64,000 nucleotides of DNA from Antedon mediterranea (taxonomy: Eukaryota > Animalia > Echinodermata): NCBI RefSeq assembly GCF_964355755.1, contig NC_092670.1, positions 1,664,201-1,728,200 on the forward strand. The letters run 5' to 3'. Below are positions 1 through 11,600 of this stretch, piece by piece. How positions within the stretch are numbered: the stretch's first letter is position 1; each line of letters begins with the position of its first letter. Both the position numbers and the translations under genes were made by a program. The notes under the pieces were generated by a model, which saw nothing but the letters and a program-made list of their open reading frames with translations, ran no database searches and was not told the origin of the DNA.

Positions 1-3000
1 ACTGTTATTAGGGCAACCATTTGTTGATCCATCAATAAAATTAGATGGTTCATTCATATCCTAAATTTAAAAAAAAAATGAACAGGTTAAGTCACACATT
101 GCCTTACACGGTTACATTGTGGTCAATCGACCTGTTTACATTTGTTATTTACCCACTAAGATGTATTCATGAACCAATTATCGATATATTTAATGGAAAG
201 GTAACCAACTTACATGATTAAAGAACAAAGGCTGTATGGGCCAATTAATTAACTGATTAATTTTGGGTAAAGCTAAATAATTTTTGTTTTCACAAAGTTT
301 TCTTGTGAAACAGTCACCAGTCATTTATACTCACAATCCACATGCCGTCAAATTCCACCTGGTCATGGAAGTTCCTTGCCCAATTTTCCCACCATTTGAC
401 AGTTGCAGGATTGAAGAAATCTGGAAAAGCTGTTTTTCCTGGCCATACCTGCAAGTTAGATGTTTTATTGTGTTTCTGTAATTTTTGTATAACAAATTGT
501 ACAACAGCAATTTAAAAACATACAGAACCAATAATTTGTTTGCCTTAGATCAAACTAAAAGTTTGTGTTATATACTTACAGAACCAATGATTGGTTTGCC
601 TTGGTCGTCTTTCACAAACACATCCTTTTTTATTCCATCATCATACGGACCGTAATTGGTGGCAGTGCTAGCAATGCCTGGATCCTAAAAATTAAAAAGA
701 AAATATAATGTCTCAATCATTAAGTATACAACATAAAACAAATGTTTAATAAATAATTTTTATGAAAATATATATTTATATTTACGATACTGAAAATGAA
801 CAAGCAAATGGTGCAGCACTAATACAATAAGTTTAGGCAAAACTTAAAATTGATTAACAAATATAAAAAAAATGAAATGTTTGTTAATGTTAGAAGCATT
901 TCAAAAATATTCTACTACGATTATTGAAAAGAAGTTCTACTGCAAGTAATGAGAATGCTAAGTATTAATTACTTTCAATATACAAAATATTAAATTAGAT
1001 ATTGTATTATTAGTAAAATTATTTCAATAAATGCAGTATAGAATTCAATGAATTTAGCATTGCATTTACTGCAGTAAAACCACAGTAAAATACCTTTGAA
1101 ATGATATATAGTATTCAATGGAATAAAATGGTTGCTTAGTGATAACGTACAACAATAGGTATATAATGCTGTTTATGCTTATGAAGGTTTATGAGCAGCT
1201 GGGTCAAAGGTTGGACCCAAGTCGTATTCACAGTAAAGTCTTTCCTTCCCTCTGAATACTCTATATCATTCCATTGGGTATCCTAAGAGATGAAGTGAAG
1301 AAAAAGGTAAAATAAATGACACAAAATAACAATGTGGAACAGCTAAAAAGTTGAGAAGACACATGTGCCTGTGTGGAATGACAGGTTTTGAAGTATCTCA
1401 ACTTTTAATGGCCTTTCCACATTTATATGTGAAGAACAGTACACAGTAAGCACAGAGTCAGCCTAAGATATTTTTAATTGGTAATTTGGAATGTCTAAAG
1501 CAGCCATTGGTCTAGTTTGTCACATGACCTGTGCAAACTTTATACCATTCATCACCTTTGACCTCTACCTACAATAATCATCATATAATGTTGCTTGTGC
1601 TGATGCAGGTCAGCGGGAACTGACGGAAGCACGTTGAAATGTGTTTTATCTAACGTCCAATCACGTGTCTGATCCATATAGTCTATATCATTCCACTGGG
1701 TGTCCTGAAGAAATTGATTGCATTAAAAATATAGTAACATTTCAGCTAATAATGTCTCACAGATTGCCTCTAACATTTTTTTTTTTTTAAACCTTCTAAA
1801 AGGTTAATTTTTAGTATTTTATCTTGAATGAAAGAAAGCAAACCAAGTTAACCTGAGGGATTCCTGCTGCCCTCATCTTCTTCACTACATTTAGCGTGTT
1901 TTCTGCTGACCCATAACCCCATCGGCACAAGTGGAATCCAAGCCCCCAATAAGGAGGCATGTATGAACGACCTATGACCTCGGTATATTGCTGGATCACG
2001 GCATCTGGCTTGGGGCCAAGAAAGATGTAGAGATCTAGAATACCACCAATTGTCCGGAATGTTACAGCTGGAGTTGGTTGAAGCATAACCTCTGAAAAAC
2101 AACAATTGAAAGATTTATTGAGAAAAATACAAGTAATGATAAAAAATCTAATGCACACTAGAAATCATAAAAACACTTGGCTGCCAGTTAAATTCCTGGC
2201 TGTGTAAAGACAATACAAATTCAAATACAACAGATATTATAAACGTATAATAATATACATAATTATGTTAATATATTTCATTTATTATTGCAGAAGTATT
2301 AGAAATAAAATTTATTTCATTTTATTTTATTCAGTTGACAACTAACAGCGATAAAACCGCCACTAACAGGTTGAATCTAAACATATCGAACTATAATAAT
2401 ACATTCAAATAAGCAACAATAACATAAACAAAGATTGGAATATTAAAGAGATTTAACATTGTTACCCTTAAATACATTTAAACTATCATAAAATAAATCA
2501 ATATCCAAACAAGTAACAAAGCACACTATTAAAATTACCCATTGCATTGCTGTTTAAAAGAAAGACTCCATGAGCGTTGCCAGAATTGTCCATATTTAAA
2601 TAAAATGGATGTGAACCATAAAGATTGTTACCACTCTGAAAAGGGATCAAATTCAAGATGAGCATGCCAACCGATTATATTAAAAAGCTATGTTAATAAC
2701 AACTTCTACTTACGGTATCAATTACAATTGATTTTTGGTATTTATTGCAACGTTTACTGACTCCAACATACAATGACAACTTCTGTATAATCAGTAAATG
2801 TTTATTGAACACTTTAACATAACATTGTTTCAACTCAACATGAAGCACCAACACTTCAACAGTTCTCTACAGGTCAAGAATTGCACGCCAATCGTGTACA
2901 GTAACCACCAGGAACACACAGAAATTATACTTACATCAGGTGGCATGTCTCGCGCCCAGAAAACAAAACGCTTCCAGGTGACATCATGAGCAAGTTTATC

Positions 3001-4780
3001 CTGATGTTCTCCGAGTCCGTAGATATTCTTAGAGGTCAACGATGAAGATATCTGAATAAACTGGTCAGCAAATATTAAAGGACTCAAACTGGTATCAAAC
3101 CTAGAGGATATTGAAAATGAAAATGTTTATTTTAATTTCTTTTATATAAAATGTTCTTCAAATAACAAATATACATATAGAAAATATTAAACAATGCTCA
3201 CTATTCTTTAAAGCATACCTGGAAGCTTATCAGTCTGATAATGATTCGTTTTTATTCAAAAATTAGTCACTGATCACATAAAAATTTAAACGTGCACTTA
3301 CAAAACTTTGTTATTTGATTTTCTGATCACAGAAATTGCAAATGGATTCATCTTGAATTTGACATCATAATCAGTCACATTGACCTTTTTTGTAACCTTT
3401 GGAGTTTTGATTGGCACTTCATAACGAGCATTTGCAGGATCATAGATCTACCAATAAAATTTGAAAAACAATTTAAAATATAAGTTACCCAAGAAAATTA
3501 AAACTGCTAAAATCTTAAAATCAGAGTGCCTTAGTTGAAAAAAAAATTATAAAACGGAAAAAATTATTTCTTCTGCAGTTTTTCCTGTTGATTTCTAATG
3601 AAATATCAAAACTCAATTAAAGGGGGTGCTATTTAAAAAATTCTCGAGCAAAATCATCAATAGCAAACAATTGGTATGCCAGGTACATTTTATGGAGGAT
3701 CATGATGATTATGATCATGATGATTATGATCATGATGATTATGATCATGATGATTATGATCATGATGATTATGATCATGATGATTATGATCATGATGATT
3801 ATGATCATGATGATTATGATCATGATGATTATGATCATGATGATTATTTGTATACAGTATCCAAACACACACAGGTAAAGGAGAAAGTATGTAAAATACT
3901 TTCAAGAGGAAGTGAAACTCAAGTTTCCATAATTCTGCGTTTCAGTTCATTTCTATTTGTACCTTGAAATGAATTCTTGTTTCTGTTTCAAGGTACACAT
4001 CCAGCTTGAGAGCCATGATGTCATTTGGATAATACCCCTTTGTTCTCCGCTTCAATGTCGCTGTGTATCCAAACACAGTCTCTTCAGGAGTGGACATGTT
4101 GTATGTTGCAAAGTCTGTTGGGTAGAAACAGTAGGGCACGCCATCACCATTTTCCGATACACTGTTGGCTGGTTGCCAGCAACAACCTATTTGTGATAGA
4201 AAGATGATCAAAGTAATAATTTATTTAACATCTGTACGAGAAAGGTTAGGTTGAAAAGACATGTGTGTAAACAAGTGTAACCAAACAAATAAAGGATATT
4301 CAAATAATTTATAATTTTAATTGAGAAAAGGTCAAATTGTTCTATATCAAAAGAAATGTACAAAATATTAATTATAATAGGAATAATATTTAATAATGCA
4401 TGCTTAATAAAACTGGATAATTTTTTACAAAGATAAAGATATTTAATATAAATATGTCTACTATACTTTTACATGCCTAACTAAAAAGGTCTAAAATATC
4501 TAAAAATGCTAGTGCATTTTTTTTTATTAAACAAGGTGTTTAAACCTAGGCCTAAAGGAAGCCTTCTGAAGTACCGAAGCGAAGTGGGCCGGGTCGCCTC
4601 AAAACACAAAGCTAGCCTACCTCGCTGTTCGCACCTGTCCTGGGTAGCGAACTCGTCCGTTTCGGGCTGACAGTCGAATTTCATGTCATCCGATAACACC
4701 GAACAGTCTTTAGCATGTAATCTGCATATATTTGCACATACAATAAAGCAACATACAATTAATTTTAAAGTTGAAAACAT
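1..4780 (-). CDS. GAA: Lysosomal alpha-glucosidase (GH31), 5' half; the gene continues beyond position 1
   Basis: GT-AG exons at 4780-4621 (signal peptide [11 protein letters not shown] plus start of trefoil domain), 4186-3963, 3447-3302, 3100-2935 (IYGLGEH), 2635-2539 ([14 protein letters not shown]), 2091-1853 ([15 protein letters not shown]), 1704-1573 or 1282-1151 (DTQWNDI), 684-580 (DPGI), 448-335 (VWPG..FPDF..DGMWI) and 60-1 (DMNEPSNF). These form the GH31 nucleophile motif WIDMNE. Confidence 0.95.
1151..1282 (-). CDS. GAA: GAA alternative exon B (132 nt, phase 0-0), paralogue of exon A
   Basis: tag|...|gtacgt; encodes [44 protein letters not shown] with no stop; same length and phase as exon A. 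Confidence 0.8.
1573..1704 (-). CDS. GAA: GAA alternative exon A (132 nt, phase 0-0)
   Basis: cag|...|gtaggt; encodes [44 protein letters not shown] with no stop. Confidence 0.9.
3697..3848. repeat. 15-bp microsatellite (GATCATGATGATTAT)x~10 in a GAA intron
   Basis: Perfect tandem copies; the source of the spurious DHDDY and MIIII ORFs. Confidence 0.95.
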
Positions 4781-4857
4781 CTTCAGTTCTGTAGTAGGCC
4801 TAGACCCTGTGCTGCACGCGCACAAGGAGCAAGAAGTACACGAACAAAACATTACAA

Positions 4858-4896
4858 TCACGTGGTAACGTTACGCTGCATCGTCACATGACCAAT
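4858..4896 (-). promoter_or_regulatory. E-box / CLEAR-like (MiT-TFE) motifs upstream of GAA
   Basis: CACGTG at 4859-4864 and GTCACATGAC at 4883-4892 (one mismatch to the CLEAR consensus GTCACGTGAC), with an adjacent CCAAT, about 80-110 bp upstream of the ATG. Confidence 0.5.
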
Positions 4897-5614
4897 AAAA
4901 AAAGTTTAGACTATTCCATTTTGTAAAGGGATTTAAACCTTTTATTTTATCCTTTTATCAAAACATTACATCAAAATAAGCAACATAATCAAAGTACTGA
5001 GGAGGAGAGAGAAAATCCATGTGTTTCAATGTACAGCGATCTTAATAATCAACAATAATAAAGGACAACATCATTTTGGTTTTATTATTATTATCTAATT
5101 TTTTGTAATAAACAAATTTGATTTAGGCCTACCATTCAATTCTATTTTTGATCATTATTGAAAAAATTCATTTTAAATTTGCCTTCTTTTTTTAAAAATG
5201 AAAACAGTAAAGATGAGAAAAGACAAAACCTCAAACTTTGGAACCAGTTGACTATCTAATCTATCTTCACTAATATTGAAAATACATTCGGAACATATGC
5301 TGTTATTTTAAACTAATTTGTTGATCAACATTAATATAAAAACACAGATCCATTCCAGCAGTTTGTATTTAGTGGAATCTGAAAAACAATAGAAAATCAA
5401 TTAAAAAAACGAAATTGTGATGCCTTGTTTTATACAATATTCTAATACAAATTTCATGTAACATATGAATCTCTTGACCAAGAAATAGCTAAATTGCCTC
5501 AACACACTCCACTGGGACATGAATACCACTGATTTCGCATCGTGATATTCTACAAAACACTTGCATGAACTTGGTATGAACTTATAAGTAGATAAACAGC
5601 TCATTAGGTACATA

Positions 5615-8600
5615 TTAAAAATCACTGTTTGGTTGCAAAATTTGCACCAAGATATTCATATGGTTAACAATAAATGTTTCACTAAATGCAAACTTGCCAT
5701 TACCACTGCTGCTTGTAGGTTTGTCAGTGCGCACTTGTGACAGAATGGTGACGTCACCGCCATACTCCGCAGCATAGAGGGCATCCTGTACAGAACTGGA
5801 CAACACAGATCGCTGGTCATTTGTAATTGCTTGTGCTTGATATTGGTCAAAATATCCAACCAATTCCAAATTAAATGAATCCTATGGAATAAAAAATTAA
5901 TTTAAATTTGCATAACATAATTTTCCTGTTTTAACTTTGTATGAGACATAAGCACCATAATATTCATGAATACTTATCTTATCTTAAGCTTTGTCTACAC
6001 TATCAAACTAGTTTGACAAAAAAAGTGTGATGTGCCCAAATATGATAGTGATATGACATCATCATGTCCATATATGAGCACTTCACATGTTTTTGTCACA
6101 TAAAGTTTGATAGTGTAGACAGAGCTTTACAGATGTTTAAAAATGTCCTTTGTATGTAAACATAGTAATGTTATATAGGTGCAAACCGACGTGTTTTTAG
6201 GCGCATGCAAACGCAACTCTATAGCTCACTATGTCGGTCGGTTGGTTGGTCGACAAACACTAACTAAAATTTGCGCACGCGACTGCAGCCATGTATATGG
6301 CCTTGATTTATGAGGATAAAGTTACCCCTGCTTTGTATGATCTGCACTGATCACACCAAGAACCAAGAACAAGTCTAACTGTTTATAGTTCCAATACCTT
6401 GAAAACATCTGGTGGTAGTAACGCTAAAGCTGCAGGAGAAATACCAGCTAAAGACTCTTCATCAATATTGGCAAAATCTTGAGATGAAAAACCACCTTTA
6501 ACAGAAAAAATAAGTACAATTTGTTTTACAAAGTGTGTATAAATAAACGTGGGATCTGAAACCTCTAGGCATGTTCCATTTTTGGACCTACAATTGTCTA
6601 TATGCCATGTCAAATATTCGACTCAGAGCCACCAACTATTCAAAGGTAAGATAAAAAATGTCCAATACAGGTATGACCACAAAGTTTTACACGTCAGAAT
6701 CACAGACTAGGTCTTACCAACAACGGTTCCAACTTCAGTGTATATCTCAGGCAACCAGGTGGCGATGGCGCCATACTGCTCGACCGCTTTGGACTTCAAA
6801 ATGGACAGTTGCTGATGAGAACACATGGTCAGTTCACCAATGTTTGTAGATGCCTCACTAAAAGAAAGTAACAACACTGAATACTGCAATACTGAAAAGC
6901 TTTATTTGTCAATTATCATGTAAAATAATAATAGAAACTCTTCTTAAAGATTGGCAAATATATATTAGTACAATTAAAAACAGATATATAAAATATAAAC
7001 AAACTATTAAAAAAAATAGAATACACACACATTATTGACAAAAACTTGTTTTCAAAAAGATGTTTCTTAATTTGCAAGTTTATTTTTACCTTAAGTTGTA
7101 ATGGAGCAAGCAGTTAAATGTCCTATTTGGCAAGATACTTGATGACATGAATGAATATTATTATTATTATTACTAATGAAATACCGTTAATTTAATTTTT
7201 GTGAGACACAATGTAGGGTTAAATACATAAAGTAGGCGCATCGTCTTGGATGGGAGAGGATAAGAGACTAATTGTATTTATAGATGTTTTCATTTACCCA
7301 TAACTTTCAAAAGAGATTGTAAGCATCTGGTCTAAAGACATGCCACAGAGGAAGCTGCTAAGGCCAGTAAGATCCGTGCCATTCAAATCAGAGATCTGCC
7401 ATCCAGTAAGCTCAAGGTACCGATTAACACCACTTTCAAGCTACAAGAAGTAATACACAACATGTTGTCTTTTTTCTGTTGACTGCATCATGTGAATAGA
7501 ATATATGCTGATTCATTGTACTAAGATGTTATGATAATTGTAACTTGCAAATTATGGATCCTCCGATAATAATTATTTAGGTCTCAATTCTTACTTAGTG
7601 TTTTCTAAAGGATATAAAGGTACACTGTTTTCTTTTGATAATTTAATATTTTTTTAGAGTTTTATGATTATACTCACTTGTTCACATTGCCAGCCATTCA
7701 ATTGCCCAATAGTGTAAAGTGTGTCAAGATATGACAGGTCCAATTGGCTCATGTGATCCGGAGTGAATGCTGTTGCTATGTAACCAAGAAGCGCGATATC
7801 CTCAGAGGATATGTTGCTAACTGACCCCCAAGTCTGTACATAAAAAAAAAATTACATTCAACGTTTTTGAAATGGACGATTGATTGATTTTTTTGTAGAA
7901 CATCTTTAATTACGGACTGGCTGTTGTTTTTGTTTACCTCAGCCAAGGCTTGGGAATGTTACTGATGGTAGTCCTAAAATAAAATGATTGTTATGGTGTT
8001 TGTTTTGCTTGGAAAAATATACAAAATTAACCTGAATGGCTTTGTTGAGCAAGATGTCCAGTTGGCCGTCAGAGTAGTTGCTAACAGCACCAAGCACGTC
8101 AAAACAGTTATGAAATGTGTCTGTAGTGATGGCATCCAGCTCGTCGACAGTCCATGCTATGTTGCCATCTTGCAAGTCTATTATCTCATCACAGGATGGA
8201 CTATGGACAACGTCTGAAAAACACACAAATTATTCCTGTCTGGGGTTTCTTAATGTTTTTAACTTAATGTAGCAACTTGGAAGAAATCAATGATTTACTA
8301 CTAACTAATTTTTCTATTTATTAGAAAAGTATTAAAAATGGTACTTTCAACAACGTTTCGCCAACAATGTTGTATCTACAGTAGTGAGGATGCACCACTT
8401 TGTGTGTGTTCCACTGACGTAATTCCATGGTAATTATTCCTTTACCTCTACGTCTGCGCCTTGATCCCTCCGATTCTGCCACCAATGCTTCTTTTGTACG
8501 AATGGCAACACTTGTAAACCCCTCTGTCCAGATTAGCTGATCTTCTTCTGTAACATCTATTATACTCCCTGACCGTCTGTCCCTGAATTCTTTAAAACTG

Positions 8601-11600
8601 TTCAATGTTTCGATAGCAACTGCTGAAAAGTTTGCCTAAAATATAAACAAATATAAATAATTAATTTTCTCTGTGAGATAAATGATGATGTAATGGCTGG
8701 GGTTTGGATGAACGATTGATATGAAGAGTATGCATTTTTTAAACATCCTACAAGTTTAAACAATTCAAATTTAAAAATTGATTCACCTCGTCAAATTCCA
8801 GGATTTCATTCCGTGAAAAGCTTGAAAGTAAAGGACCACTGGTTGCTATGGCATCACTACTCCAAGTGTTAAGCTCACTATATTTTTTTTTTAATTTTAA
8901 ATAATAATAATAAATAGTATTAGAATGAATTAATTAGGAAGTTATATGACGTCATCATGTCGATATATTATTTACACATCACATTTTTTTCCCCACTAGT
9001 TTGAGCTTTACATCGGACCAGATATTGGTGAAAATTATGATAAATCATGAAATGGTGACACGGTTGGGATAGTAGCCAAACATGAGTCAAAAAGAAACTT
9101 AACCCATTAACGTCCATCAGTTTATCATGTATTGCGCCAAGTTGCTCCTTGTCTAAGTAACATTCTCTCAGACTGTAAACATTATCAATGAACGCGTCAG
9201 GTTCAATACGCGTATATGCGTCAGCTGGTACGCTACAGGACAAGTTACCCAGACTTAGTAGGTCATCTGAGGTCAAGACTTCATCACTTGATTTATTCTG
9301 TAAATGAAGATGTGTGAAATAGAGAAGAATTGTCAGTTGGGGATTTGAATAAATAGAATCCATTCCCGTACCCTATGTGTTATAATGATTTATACAATAA
9401 TTTATTATTGTTTTCGTTGTTATTGTTGTTATCATGACACATTATTTATATGGGGTGACCCTAAACAAGGGGCTCTTTTGATGAGGAATGATATTAATAA
9501 CTTCTTTTTACCTTATTGTTTTAAGGGTCTCAGCTTAAAAGCTTTGCTTATTTTGAGTTCCCTTTTCCCTAACTTTTTGCTGACATATTTGTACATATCC
9601 TTAGTGTTATGGAATAAATTGAATTTGATTGATTGTTTAGGCTTACAATAAGTATTCACAAATAAGTTACCATAATTTTTAAAGCTTCACTGGCCATCCA
9701 CTTTCTTTTCTCTTTTTTATCTTCGGTCAGTTTTGTATTTCCAATCTGTTCATAAGCTAACTTCTTTAAATTTTCTGGAATCTGATTTAAATCATCAACA
9801 CTAGAAACAAAAATTGTTATATAAATATCTAATTGTAGTCAATTATTACTCCAGTAGACTTATTCGAGCCCACCATCTGGTTTTCCAGAAACTGTTCTGA
9901 AGAGTTGGAACTAAATTGGATCCATGTTTGGAAGAATTTCTGGTTATAAGGGAGTCCGGTTTCGAGTGTCTAGAAAACTAAGATCTAGAAAACTAAGACC
10001 TAAAATATCTTAGGTCTTAGTTTTCTAGATCCCCTCTGGTTTCAGAATATATTATATATATTTGAAAAATGAATTATTATATTATTCGGTAATTAATACA
10101 GTACCTAAATTCCTTCAGCACCCTTCCACCCAGATTAGTGATATCACTTTCTGTCAGTCTTGATGTGAATTCTTCATCACTTTCCATCATTGTGTCTTTT
10201 ATACAACGCATCTTACAGTGTAAACAGAAGCATAAAAACACATCATTTTTTTTACTAAAGTTTGATTTTCAATAATTTAACTGTAGAAACAAGTTGTTAT
10301 AGAGATCTGACCTGTTTATTATCCCAGCCATCTTGCTCCATCAAAGCGGTTACCAAGGAAACAACATCATCACCGGCCATCTTGTGTATGTCCTCGCATG
10401 GAAGACCTGAAGCGATGGTTCCCAAATTCCTAATTAGAATAATTCGAGAAAAAAATATTCTAAAAAAAGTTAAACACCTTAAATAAAAAAATTAAGAAAA
10501 GAGTTCTGGATGTTAACAGTGTAAACAAGTTTATTACAAGACGATATAAAGCTCAAATTTACATTCAATTATAAATATGAAATGTTGCCATTTAAGGACT
10601 GGTCAACAAGAGCATTGAATGCTTACATCCAACCTATGGAATTTAGAACATACTAGATTTATATAATATCAACGTCTACATTTATGCATAACATTATCAC
10701 CTGATAATATCAGTTGTAAATGTAACTTCTTCTCCTTCCATCTCTTCTAAACCAGACTTTATGCTTCTGTACAACGATTTACTCTGCCAAACAAATTATA
10801 CAATCATCAAATTATACAGAAAATTTAACTTCTGAATTATTTACAATGAACAATCATTGTTTTGCTTACTTTTCCAATTGATATGTCCATCAATTTAAGT
10901 GATTTACCTGTGATCTTGTCCACTTTACCTCACCTGCTCCAGAACTTTGATTGTTGCCTGTGCTTACTGACATACTGGTGATGTCTTCAAACGACATCTT
11001 TTTGACAGATTTCAGTGGAATCTCTGCCACGTAATCCTCACCCAACATACCTATCAAAGCACCGACATCACCTTCAACTTTTGACGCCTTAAAAAGTATA
11101 CAATAATTGTCAATGAAAGAAACAGTTTTTAGGCCTATACCACTGTTATAATTCATTTCCTTTCATTTCATAGTAACATTTATTTCATTCATAATATACA
11201 AAATATAAATAATACAATTCATAATAAATCGGACAAGAGGAAGATAGAGTTAGGAAACAAATATGAAGGGTTGGTTTCTTCACATGTATAACATGCATCA
11301 AAATTACACTAAAAACTAACCACAGTATACACTCACTTTTTGTACAATCTGTTTTCTTTTGGCTTTATTTAGATCTTTACCGATACCTTTAAATGTTTCA
11401 GCCGCTTCTAAAACGTCATTAGGATCAAGTTCTTTGAGGTCGTCGGTTTTTAGCATGCTACTTAGTCCCTTGAGATCCTTAATCTCTGCTGCAGAAATGC
11501 GCTACAGAACAAAAATAATTTTATCAATAATAATTATCTTAAACAATGTATTTTTTTCACCAAAACGGAATTTTAGAGTGCCAAAACCAACAACGTTGCG

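Noticed and set aside
3626-3967. His/Asp-rich (DHDDY)n and Ile-rich ORFs
   Set aside because: They are translations of a 15-bp intronic microsatellite, open in several frames on both strands.
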